A stretch of DNA of 31,751 nucleotides from a virus (taxonomy: Duplodnaviria; Caudoviricetes): IMG/VR virus record IMGVR_UViG_3300038312_000392, positions 1 to 31,751 of that record; one strand, written 5' to 3'. Position 1 is the stretch's first letter. Every line of letters begins with the position of its first letter. Shown piece by piece: positions 1-7,951 of the stretch. The notes beneath the pieces are model-generated. The model saw only the letters and a program-made list of their open reading frames with translations, was not told the origin of the DNA and did no database searches. The position numbers and the translations under genes were made by a program.

Positions 1-198
1 TCACCCGATTCCCTTGAAGTTGAAGTTCCCTTTGCGGATCTCGGCGTGGTCGGCTTCGACGGCTTGGCGGTAGTGCTGGCGCTCGGTTTCGATGCAGTCG
101 AGGCAGAGGCAGTCGGTGTTGAACATGCTCATCATGCGGCCGTTTTTCAAGGATTTGCCGCAGCGGTCGCAGTTGGGTTGGGTGAAAAAGGTGTCCAT
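1..198 (-). CDS. Small Cys-rich (zinc-finger-like) phage protein, 65 aa
   Basis: Start moved to MDTFFTQ (ATG at 198, GGAG RBS upstream). CDRC and CLCLDC motifs. Confidence 0.75.
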   Translation of the reverse strand: MDTFFTQPNCDRCGKSLKNGRMMSMFNTDCLCLDCIETERQHYRQAVEADHAEIRKGNFNFKGIG

Positions 199-199
199 T

Positions 200-625
200 T
201 TATTCTCCGGTAGTGAATTTGATTTCGATGAATTCGGCGGTGGCTTGGCTGGCGTAGAGCCAGTGGTCACCGTCGAACAGGTACAGGTAGGAGGCGGGGG
301 TGTCGCGCGTTGCTTCGGTGAGGTAGGCTTCGGGACTGGCGTAGCGCTTTGCGGGGCACAGGGCTTCGCCGCGGTCGCGGTGGTAGGCGACTGTTACGCC
401 GGGTGCCGGGTCGGCAAAGGTGTGCGGCTCGTTCGGCGCAGGGGCGGGGCGTTCGGCTATGGCGCTGAGTTCGCCGAGGCTCAGGAGGGTGCGCACCTTT
501 TCGGCGGTGCCGTAAAAGGTGGCGAGGATATAGCCCGCATGGAGCGGATAGCCGTCGTTGTGGAGGTAGGTCGCTTGGACTCTGCCGTCGGGCATTTTTA
601 TTCCAATCATCGCTCGTGTGCTCAT
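200..625 (-). CDS. Conserved hypothetical phage protein (MSTR...YxHxDGYP family)
   Basis: N-terminal MSTRAMIG and YLHNDGYP motifs, C-terminal YLYLFDGDHW. ATGA overlap with the upstream gene. Confidence 0.8.
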   Translation of the reverse strand: MSTRAMIGIKMPDGRVQATYLHNDGYPLHAGYILATFYGTAEKVRTLLSLGELSAIAERPAPAPNEPHTFADPAPGVTVAYHRDRGEALCPAKRYASPEAYLTEATRDTPASYLYLFDGDHWLYASQATAEFIEIKFTTGE

Positions 626-816
626 TTCGTTTCTCCGGTGATGGTTTTCAGGAGGTCGCGGAGTTCTTCCGCTTGGGCGGCGTAGCCCGCTTTGGTCTGG
701 TGGGCGGCGAGTAGTTGGCTCGGGTCGCGGTATTCGTTCAGGTCGATCTTGGCGGCGCTGAATTCGAGGTTGGCGATTCGCATGCCGATTTCTTTTTTGA
801 TTTGTTCGGTGGTCAT
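622..816 (-). CDS. Hypothetical protein, 64 aa, helical
   Basis: GGAG RBS. Tightly packed in the small-gene operon. Confidence 0.7.
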   Translation of the reverse strand: MTTEQIKKEIGMRIANLEFSAAKIDLNEYRDPSQLLAAHQTKAGYAAQAEELRDLLKTITGETK

Positions 817-829
817 TTTCTTGCTCCGG

Positions 830-1048
830 TTATTTGTAACTTGCTTTTTCTTGCCTGGTGTTGGCGGCGAAGGTTTTGTTCCTGCCGGTGAGCTTGATTT
901 CGCCCATCGGTGCCCAATCGCCGTTACTCCAAATCTTCGTAATGAAGCCTTTTGCGTTGTTTTCTTTCATCGCCTTTTTGGCAGAAGGGAGGTCGTGGAA
1001 TGTCTCGTGGTAGCCGGTTTCGTGGTTGACGACATCGTAGGCTTTCAT
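830..1048 (-). CDS. Hypothetical protein, 72 aa
   Basis: Plausible phage-like composition and operon packing. Confidence 0.7.
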   Translation of the reverse strand: MKAYDVVNHETGYHETFHDLPSAKKAMKENNAKGFITKIWSNGDWAPMGEIKLTGRNKTFAANTRQEKASYK

Positions 1049-1061
1049 TATTTCGCCATCC

Positions 1062-1193
1062 TCAGTTTTTGACGATCCAGTATTCGCCGTCGAAAATGTC
1101 GAGGCGTTTGCCTTTCTTGGCGAGTTCTTCGTTGGCCTTGAAAAAGCCGCCCATCCGTTTGACCTCTTTGCTGCTGATCTTTGCTAAAACCAT
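1062..1193 (-). CDS. Hypothetical protein, 43 aa (below the ORF-track cutoff)
   Basis: Translated by hand: MVLAKISSKEVKRMGGFFKANEELAKKGKRLDIFDGEYWIVKN*. Strong AAGGAG RBS. First gene of the operon. Confidence 0.7.
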   Translation of the reverse strand: MVLAKISSKEVKRMGGFFKANEELAKKGKRLDIFDGEYWIVKN

Positions 1194-1238
1194 TTTCTTA
1201 TCTCCTTGTCGTTTAGCTTGTTATCTTTCACTGTGCAT

Positions 1239-1267
1239 ATATTAGCGCAGGTCGAAGCGTATAGCCA
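1239..1267 (-). promoter_or_regulatory. Bipartite phage promoter-like motif, copy 1 (TGGCTA-N14-CGCTAATAT)
   Basis: Same boxes and spacing as the copies at 28592-28620 and 31255-31283. Oriented towards the small-gene operon. Confidence 0.6.
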
Positions 1268-1368
1268 GAGGATATTCGAAGAATTATTGATAATAGTTCG
1301 TTTATTATCAAGATGTTGCGATATTATTTCAACGAGACTTTAAACGTTTCGCTTTTTCCCTCGTTCGG

Positions 1369-1396
1369 TTGAATTTATTGAAATCGGATGTAGATT
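1369..1396 (+). promoter_or_regulatory. Putative sigma70 promoter for the yjhP-like gene
   Basis: TTGAAT-N16-TAGATT in AT-rich intergenic DNA, 21 nt before the ATG. Confidence 0.45.
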
Positions 1397-1417
1397 ACCG
1401 TGAAAGATTAAGGAACT

Positions 1418-2176
1418 ATGACCATGGAATTAGATATCCCGCGTATTTTCAATATTGCCGAAAGCGGCCATCGCATCCATAATCCGTTCACGCCGGAAAA
1501 ACTCGCTGTTCTCGGCGCGGCGTTGCGCCTGGAGCCGGGAACGCGCGTGCTCGACCTCGGCAGCGGTTCGGGCGAGATGTTGTGCACTTGGGCGCGCGAT
1601 TACGGAATCACCGGCGTCGGCGTCGACATGAGCCACTTATTCTCTGAACAAGCGAAACTTCGCGCCGGCGAACTCGGAGTCGCCGCCCAGGTCGAGTTTA
1701 TCCATGCCGACGCGGTCGGCTACGTCGCCGCCGAAAAGGCCGATATCGCGGCCTGCGTCGGCGCCACATGGATCGGCGGGGGAGTTGCCGGCGCCGTCAA
1801 GCTGCTGGCGAAGAGCCTCCGCCCCGGCGGAATCATCCTTATCGGCGAACCCTACTGGCTGAGGTTGCCGCCAACGGAAGACGTCGCCAAAAAGTGCGGC
1901 GCCGGTTCGATCTCCGACTTTTTCATGCTTCCTGAACTTCTCGCGTCTTTCGGCGATCTCGGGTATGACGTGGTGGAAATGGTTTTGGCCGACCGGGACA
2001 GTTGGGATCGTTACGAGGCGGCCAAGTGGCTTACCATGCGCCGGTGGCTCGATGCGAATTCCGGCGACGATTTGGCGAAAGAAGTTCGAGAACTGCTGAC
2101 CTCGGAGCCCAAACGTTATGCCGCATATACGCGCGAATATCTTGGCTGGGGCGTGTTCGCGCTGATGGCGCGATAG
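1418..2176 (+). CDS. yjhP: Class I SAM-dependent methyltransferase, YjhP-like (moron)
   Basis: DIPRIF..ES.HRIHNPFT N-terminus, VLDLGSGSG SAM motif, ACVGATWIGGG, GEPYW, WDRYEAAKWLTMRRWL and GWGVFALMAR closely match E. coli YjhP as recalled. Confidence 0.9.
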   Translation: MTMELDIPRIFNIAESGHRIHNPFTPEKLAVLGAALRLEPGTRVLDLGSGSGEMLCTWARDYGITGVGVDMSHLFSEQAKLRAGELGVAAQVEFIHADAVGYVAAEKADIAACVGATWIGGGVAGAVKLLAKSLRPGGIILIGEPYWLRLPPTEDVAKKCGAGSISDFFMLPELLASFGDLGYDVVEMVLADRDSWDRYEAAKWLTMRRWLDANSGDDLAKEVRELLTSEPKRYAAYTREYLGWGVFALMAR

Positions 2177-2186
2177 TAATCTCAGG

Positions 2187-2230
2187 AAAGAAAAATCCCC
2201 CGCCGGATGGTGGGTGTCCTGACGAGGGAT
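2187..2230 (-). terminator. Intrinsic terminator ending the late (structural) operon
   Basis: Minus strand ATCCCTCGTC...GGCGGGGGAT stem (with G-U pairs) followed by TTTTCTTT, just after the last minus-strand gene. Confidence 0.6.
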
Positions 2231-2238
2231 GAAATGGG

Positions 2239-2625
2239 TTACTCTTTCTTGCCGTTGATCTTGTTTTTGGATTCGTAGAAGGCTTTGATGGCTTCGGGGT
2301 TGTCCTTGAGCATTTCGATGACGTCGCGCTCGTAGCCGGTGGTTTGGGTCCCGATTTTGATTTTGACGCTGCCTGCGGTTTTGCTGGCGACGGGGTTTCC
2401 TTCGGCGTCGAACTCGTTGGAGCCGTTCATCTCGGCTTCGGTGTTTTCGCGGGCGACGAAGTTCCAGATTTTTCCGTAGCGGAGGATCACGCCAAAGTTC
2501 CCCGAATCGGGGCGGAGGGTGGTCTCGAAGCCAATGCCGTCCGAGTAGGTGGAGATGTTGTGGGAGCATCCGGCGAAGAGGAGCATCGCCGCCAGCGCGA
2601 GGGTGAGTGTGATGGTCGTTTTCAT
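2239..2625 (-). CDS. Lipoprotein, 128 aa (possible spanin-like or exclusion protein)
   Basis: Start moved to MKTTITLTLALAAMLLFAG-C, a signal peptide II with lipobox. Confidence 0.8.
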   Translation of the reverse strand: MKTTITLTLALAAMLLFAGCSHNISTYSDGIGFETTLRPDSGNFGVILRYGKIWNFVARENTEAEMNGSNEFDAEGNPVASKTAGSVKIKIGTQTTGYERDVIEMLKDNPEAIKAFYESKNKINGKKE

Positions 2626-2627
2626 GA

Positions 2628-3023
2628 TCAGTGGCCTTTCTTGGTGATGAATTTCTTGCGGTTGGAACGCCACGCCGTCCAGCCGAAGAGGCGGAGGGCG
2701 AGGTAGATTGCGGAGCATTTCCACGGGGGGACGCCGGACTTTTTCAGGATCGAGCGGAAGATGGTGTCGGCCAAATTGCGGTCGATCTCCTGCGTCCGAT
2801 AGTGGTAGTCGTGGATGATTGCGCCGTAGACGTACGGCTGCTCGAACGGATCGCCGATCAGCGGGCGGAACAGCCACGGGATGCTCATGCCGTCCGAGAT
2901 GAAGCCTCGTTTCACGGTGAACATCCTGCCGTAAATCCGGAGTTGGAGGCTCGTCGCGAGCTCGACCCCGGCCACGCCTCCGGCGTCGCGGGTTATCTTG
3001 AGTTTGGGTTCACGCAGCAGCAT
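2628..3023 (-). CDS. DUF1353 family protein
   Basis: V.RGFISDGMSIPW, GAIIHDYHY, ADTIF and YLALRLFG motifs typical of DUF1353. Confidence 0.85.
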   Translation of the reverse strand: MLLREPKLKITRDAGGVAGVELATSLQLRIYGRMFTVKRGFISDGMSIPWLFRPLIGDPFEQPYVYGAIIHDYHYRTQEIDRNLADTIFRSILKKSGVPPWKCSAIYLALRLFGWTAWRSNRKKFITKKGH

Positions 3024-5192
3024 TTACACCTCCTCCGCGATCAGTTCCACGGCGGGGTCGAGGTAGAAGTACCCGGCGATGCTGTACCACGAATAATGGA
3101 TTTTCACGTCGAGCGCCCCGGCTTCGGTCACCTCGACGGGGATCTCCAACTTGAACGCCGTCAGGTCGTCGTCGTTCTCCCACACGCTCTCGGCGTCGCG
3201 GCTCCAGCGCCCGGCGGCGTTGCTGAACACCGTCTCGAACGTGCCGCCGCTCCGGGGGACGGCGACTTGCGCAACCACCTTGCGCCCCAGCTCGGAGAGG
3301 TCGGTGAACGCCTTGGCCGCGCAGTGGACGCGGAGGAGGTACTTGCCCGGCTCCTCCGGCATGACCCGCATGCCCTGGAACGGTTGCCGCCCGAGGGAAA
3401 GCCCGCCCGAACCGTCGGCGGAGTTGTTGGCGAGCTTGAAGACCGCCGGGGAGCCGCCGACGCGGTGGACGTTCCAGGTGTCGCAGACGTAGTTGACCGA
3501 GCGGCAGACATAGTGCCCGGCGTCGATCTCGTTGCCGCAGATGAAATTGTACCCGTTCCAGACGTTCGTCGCATTTTCGCCGAGGTTGCCCTTCAAGGCC
3601 CCGTTGGCGCTGTCGACGTAGATGAACGAGCTGTCGGAGTACCGCGAGCCGACGGCGGGGTCGTCCGCGCCCCCGGTGACGGCGGCGTTCGCCTTGCCGA
3701 GCGTGAGCGTCCCGATCCTGAGCGTGGTCGCCTCGGCCGCGAAGACCGCGTAGCCGGGATAGTAGCTCTCCACCGAGGCGAGGTCGGCGTTGGTGCGGCG
3801 CATTTTCACCGTCCCCTTCACGGCGCATTCGCGGAGCTGGCAGCCGAAGCTGTAGAGCGCCACGCCGCGCGGGTGGTTGACCGTGACGTCGCGGACGGAT
3901 ACCGGCTCCCACGAACCCTCGTTGTAGTGGCGCTCGCTGAACGACAGCTCCAGCGCCGCGCCGTAGGGGTACTGGTCGATGTTGTCCGTCCCGTACTTGA
4001 CCCAATCGTAGTAGTTGCCGTTCCGCTCGCCGTCGAACCCGCCGGTCTCGGCGAGATTGATCGCGATGTTGCGGATCGACTTCGACACGCCGGGGACGGT
4101 GCTGTTGGCGAAGCCGGAGAGCGAAACCACCCGCCCGGAGGTCTCGATCCGCCAGCAGCCGGGCAGATTGACGGTGATCCCGTCGATCAGGAACTCCCGG
4201 CTGCCGTGGCTGCGGATCATCGGCTGCCCGACGCTCAGCGTGGCCGGAGTTCCTTCGCCCAGCCGCCGTTCAAGGATGTCCACGGAGACCTTGCGGAGCA
4301 CGCAGTGGTCGTTGCAGGCGGCGTAGAAGAAGCTCGGCAGATAGCCCCAGGTCTTGTTGACGAGGATGTGGAAACGCATGTTTTCGTAATTCCCATACGC
4401 GCCGGTCTTGCCGCCGTTGGTGAGCTGCAAAACCGGCTGCATGCTCGGGCCGTAGTCGCCGCCGTATTGGCTGGTGGTGCAGTAGCAGTCGACGTCGTTG
4501 ACCGTGATGAAGCTGGCGTTCTGAAGGTAGATGCCGTAGCTGTAGCCGTAGTAATAGTCCTCCGCCGGAACCTGGTTGACGATGCAGTGCCGCATGGAGA
4601 AGACCTGCGCGGTGTTGATCTCCATGTAGGACTTGCAATTGTCGGAGCCGACGGCGGCGGTGAAGTCGGCGCGGTCGAGGTCGATCCCCTTCGCCCCGAA
4701 CTTGCAGTGCTCCAGCGAAATGGAGGCGGTCGGCTGGTCGGAGGGGAAGCGCATGATCGGGATGTAGGCCGGAGTCCCGTCGCGGAACAGGTACACCCGG
4801 TGGAGCAGCAGCGTCCGCAGCGCGGGGAGCTGGAACGTCCGCTCCTCGCCCGACCACGGGTCGCTGCCGGTGTCGGCCTTGACGTTGGCGTAGTCGTGGG
4901 CGTCGCCGCCCCAGGCGAGCCGGGCGGCTTCGGGGACGAGCGTCCACATGGCGTCGGCGGGCTTGGGCATGCCGAGGAACAGCACCCCGGTGATGGCGGA
5001 GGTGTTGCCGACAGGCATGTTGACCGCCGCGCTCTCCGCCGTGCGGCGGATGAGGAAGCAGGTGTTGTCGGTCATGTCCTCGACGGTATCCGGGAGCGCG
5101 GCGAGCGGCGTCCCCGGCGCGGAGCCGTCGCCGCCGTTCTCCGCCGACGGGTCGACGTAGAGGACTTGGAATTCAGTGTCGGAAAATATCAT
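3024..5192 (-). CDS. Large beta-rich protein, putative beta-helix tailspike or receptor-binding protein, 722 aa
   Basis: N-terminal LYVDPSA.NGGDGS.P.TP motif seen in pectin-lyase-fold proteins, repeated short beta-strand patterns, no signal peptide, located in the fibre module. Confidence 0.6.
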   Translation of the reverse strand: MIFSDTEFQVLYVDPSAENGGDGSAPGTPLAALPDTVEDMTDNTCFLIRRTAESAAVNMPVGNTSAITGVLFLGMPKPADAMWTLVPEAARLAWGGDAHDYANVKADTGSDPWSGEERTFQLPALRTLLLHRVYLFRDGTPAYIPIMRFPSDQPTASISLEHCKFGAKGIDLDRADFTAAVGSDNCKSYMEINTAQVFSMRHCIVNQVPAEDYYYGYSYGIYLQNASFITVNDVDCYCTTSQYGGDYGPSMQPVLQLTNGGKTGAYGNYENMRFHILVNKTWGYLPSFFYAACNDHCVLRKVSVDILERRLGEGTPATLSVGQPMIRSHGSREFLIDGITVNLPGCWRIETSGRVVSLSGFANSTVPGVSKSIRNIAINLAETGGFDGERNGNYYDWVKYGTDNIDQYPYGAALELSFSERHYNEGSWEPVSVRDVTVNHPRGVALYSFGCQLRECAVKGTVKMRRTNADLASVESYYPGYAVFAAEATTLRIGTLTLGKANAAVTGGADDPAVGSRYSDSSFIYVDSANGALKGNLGENATNVWNGYNFICGNEIDAGHYVCRSVNYVCDTWNVHRVGGSPAVFKLANNSADGSGGLSLGRQPFQGMRVMPEEPGKYLLRVHCAAKAFTDLSELGRKVVAQVAVPRSGGTFETVFSNAAGRWSRDAESVWENDDDLTAFKLEIPVEVTEAGALDVKIHYSWYSIAGYFYLDPAVELIAEEV

Positions 5193-5206
5193 CGTTACCT
5201 CTCAAG

Positions 5207-5524
5207 TTACAGGATGGGATAGGTGGTGTCGGCCTCGACGGCCGCGGCGAGTTCCACTTGCGGGGCGTTGCGCACGCCGTCGCCGTAGCCTCCTCCGAAA
5301 ACCGAAGGGGACGCGAGGACGGCGGCGTTCACGGTCGAAAACCCGGTGATGCCGGATTCCTCGGAGACAACGGCGCCGCCGCCCGGAACGAGGGCGATGC
5401 GGCGGTCGTTGTAATCGAAGAACATCTCCCCGGTATCGACCGCGATGATCAGCTGCCCGTTGCGGACGAGGCCGTCATCGATCCGCGCCCGCTGCGTGAC
5501 GCACGGTCTGAATTGGGGCATCAT
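5207..5524 (-). CDS. Small fibre-associated hypothetical protein, 105 aa
   Basis: NGQLIIAVDTGEMFFD resembles short tail-fibre or knob modules. GAGG RBS. Confidence 0.6.
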   Translation of the reverse strand: MMPQFRPCVTQRARIDDGLVRNGQLIIAVDTGEMFFDYNDRRIALVPGGGAVVSEESGITGFSTVNAAVLASPSVFGGGYGDGVRNAPQVELAAAVEADTTYPIL

Positions 5525-5529
5525 TCACC

Positions 5530-6324
5530 TCACAGCGTTTGCCATTCGAGCGTCGCGTAGACTCCGTTGGCGTCGCTGCCGATGAGGTTGCCCTCGGCTC
5601 CGGAGATCTTCACGCTGGCGGTGATCGCGCCGCCGGAGACGCTCACGACCGCCGTGCCGGTGCTGCCGCCGGTGTAGGCGTCGACCAGGTCGGCGAGGTT
5701 CACCGTGAACTCCGTGTCGTCGTTCAGCGCGAGCGTCAGGACGTGAGTCCCCTGGTCGTAGCTGGCGGAGGCGAGGAACTGCTCGACCGGCAGATTCACC
5801 GAGACCGGGGTGCCGCCGTTGGTGGTGAAGCTCAGCACCCCCGTCGCGCCGTTGTAGCCCACGCCGTCGAACAGCCCGGAGAGCGCGGTCACGACCGCCT
5901 CGCCCGCGCCCTTCTGGACGGAGATCGACTTGGCGGCGGCGTTGTAGGCGACGTCGCTGACCGCGCCGGAGAGGCCGCTGTTGACGTTGACGATCTCCGC
6001 GTCGACGTAGTTTTTCACCGCCAGCGCGGTCGGGAGCTGGGCGTGGGTCGGGGACGCGCCGATGACGGTCGCCACCGGGGGCGAGACAATGACCCAGGCG
6101 CTCCCGCTCCACGTCCGCGCCTCGAAGGTGGTCTGGTGGATGTAGAGCGTGCCGACCTCGCCGGTCGCCGGGAACGCGGCCACGGTCGCCACCGGGTGGG
6201 AGTACGGGGCCGCGCCCTTGTAGATCCGGTTGGCGTCGGTGACGAAGTAGACGGCGTTGGGGTTCTTGGTCTCCAGCGCGTTGAACTGGACGGCGGTGAC
6301 GGCGTAAAACAAGACTTGACTCAT
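5530..6324 (-). CDS. Phage fibre-like structural protein, 264 aa
   Basis: FNALETKNPNAVYFVTD, FPATGEVGTLY and PTALAVKNYVD motifs, plus repeated SYD...L.LT...G....VNL units typical of fibres. Confidence 0.7.
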   Translation of the reverse strand: MSQVLFYAVTAVQFNALETKNPNAVYFVTDANRIYKGAAPYSHPVATVAAFPATGEVGTLYIHQTTFEARTWSGSAWVIVSPPVATVIGASPTHAQLPTALAVKNYVDAEIVNVNSGLSGAVSDVAYNAAAKSISVQKGAGEAVVTALSGLFDGVGYNGATGVLSFTTNGGTPVSVNLPVEQFLASASYDQGTHVLTLALNDDTEFTVNLADLVDAYTGGSTGTAVVSVSGGAITASVKISGAEGNLIGSDANGVYATLEWQTL

Positions 6325-6342
6325 GGTGATTTTCCTTTTCTT

Positions 6343-6726
6343 TTAGTTGATGGTCTGCCACTGGATGCCGTCGGGCGAACCGCCGCTCTCGGAATCCGGA
6401 TGGCCGAAATTCAGGATGATTCTGACTTTCGTGGCGCTCGCCTGGGAATGGCAGGCCGCCACGCCGAGAAAGGCGTTGCCGAGGCTGTCGGGGGTCGCCG
6501 CGCTCGCGGCTTCGTTCCAGAAAACCCGGCTCCCGGCGGCGATGGCTTCGGCGGTTTTCACCACGTCGAAGATGCCTCCGAGGTGCAGCGCCCCCAGCTC
6601 GCCGCTTTTCACCGGGATCTTGACGATCCCCAGCAAGCCGCCGAAGCGGAGGATTTCACCCGCCTCCACGTTTCGGGTCGGGACGAAGTCCACCGCTTCC
6701 CCCCGTTGGACAAATGTCGCGTTCAT
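6343..6726 (-). CDS. DUF2190 family capsid decoration (cement) protein, paralogue 2, with C-terminal extension
   Basis: Start moved to MNATFVQRGEAVDF. Aligns by eye with the 20617-20946 protein. ATGA overlap with the heptosyltransferase stop. Confidence 0.85.
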   Translation of the reverse strand: MNATFVQRGEAVDFVPTRNVEAGEILRFGGLLGIVKIPVKSGELGALHLGGIFDVVKTAEAIAAGSRVFWNEAASAATPDSLGNAFLGVAACHSQASATKVRIILNFGHPDSESGGSPDGIQWQTIN

Positions 6727-7943
6727 CGTTCTTTCACCTCCATGGTTTGGATTTGCTTTATCCGGTCGAAAACCATTTTCGCCGGGATCATTTTCGTGCA
6801 TTCGAATTTGCCGCTGGGTTCCGTTTTTCGGGGACACCAGAGGAAGTCGAAGTGATTGAAGTCGCACCGCATGTCGTTCCAGCAACCGTGGCAGACCGTG
6901 GGGTTGTGGACGCGGTACGCCGTATGGAACTCATTGATCGGGTCGGTGAAGCCGGAGATCAAAATCACCGGGACGCGGCAGCACCACGCGAGCCAGCTCA
7001 GGCCACTCGAAAGCCCGATGAAAAACTCAGCGTCCTTGATGAGGTCGATCCGCTCTTGAAGCGGCAGGTCGCCGGTGAAATCCTCCGTTCCATGCGGGAT
7101 ATGATTCCACACATAATCCGTGCCGTACTCCGCCGCCCGGTCGATGCAGAGCACCCGGTAGCCTTGCGATTTCAGGTGCGCCACCACCTCGCGCCAGCCG
7201 GAGGGGTTGTTCCAATATTTGCATTGGGAACTCGCCTGGGACGCGATCACGACATAGGGCTTCTTGATCTTGCGCTTCGCCGTGAGCTTGACGCGGGGCG
7301 GCTCGTCGGCAAGGTTGCGCAGTCCGAGGATATGCCCCGCCGTCCGGTGCAGCCCCACCTGCCGGAAGTCGAACGGCTGGTGATCGGCGTCGCCGCCGAA
7401 AAACAGTCCGAGATTGTAGGTGGCGTAGGGTTCCAGTTTCGCCGCCTCTTCCTTATTAATAAAGGCGATTGCGGGGTACTGGTCGCGGAAGATCGCCGCG
7501 AGCTCCTGCGCCATCGAGCAGTAAAGCTCGCAGCCGTGCGCCTTTTGGAACCGCTCGACGTAGCTGAACCAAGCGATGGTATCGCCCAACGCCCCGACCG
7601 GGAGTTGCACCAAGACTTTTTTTCCGGCAAGATTGAGGTCATGGCTGAAAATCATTTCAGCACCCTCATAGATTTCCAGCCGGAAGCGGATGAAATATTT
7701 CTTCACGCTTTCGACCGTGCAACCGGGCTGCACGTCCATGCTGTAAAGCAGGCAGCCGGTGTCGAGATCGCGGAACACGCAACGGTAGTTTTTGCCCTTC
7801 GGGAACTGGACACGCAAGCCCCGGTTGAAGTCGAAGCGGATGCCGTCGACCGCCTCTATGACGGGGTCGTCGGGCGGCGGGGCGAATACCGGCTCGGACG
7901 GCTTGCCCGGTACGGAATCGCATTTTATGGTGAAGTCGTTCAT
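6723..7943 (-). CDS. tibC: Autotransporter strand-loop-strand O-heptosyltransferase (Aah/TibC family, GT9-like)
   Basis: GIRFDFN, KKYFIRFRLE, VGALGDTIAW (catalytic Asp motif), QPFDFRQVGLHRTAGHILG, KYWNNPSGW, DFTGDLPLQER, FIGLSSGLSWLAW, and four iron-finger Cys (CHGC...WCP...FEC). TAAGGAG RBS overlaps the upstream stop. Confidence 0.95.
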   Translation of the reverse strand: MNDFTIKCDSVPGKPSEPVFAPPPDDPVIEAVDGIRFDFNRGLRVQFPKGKNYRCVFRDLDTGCLLYSMDVQPGCTVESVKKYFIRFRLEIYEGAEMIFSHDLNLAGKKVLVQLPVGALGDTIAWFSYVERFQKAHGCELYCSMAQELAAIFRDQYPAIAFINKEEAAKLEPYATYNLGLFFGGDADHQPFDFRQVGLHRTAGHILGLRNLADEPPRVKLTAKRKIKKPYVVIASQASSQCKYWNNPSGWREVVAHLKSQGYRVLCIDRAAEYGTDYVWNHIPHGTEDFTGDLPLQERIDLIKDAEFFIGLSSGLSWLAWCCRVPVILISGFTDPINEFHTAYRVHNPTVCHGCWNDMRCDFNHFDFLWCPRKTEPSGKFECTKMIPAKMVFDRIKQIQTMEVKER

Positions 7944-7951
7944 GATACTCC

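Noticed and set aside
2631-5222. 863-aa plus-strand ORF
   Set aside because: Antisense shadow of GC-rich minus-strand genes, with no motifs.
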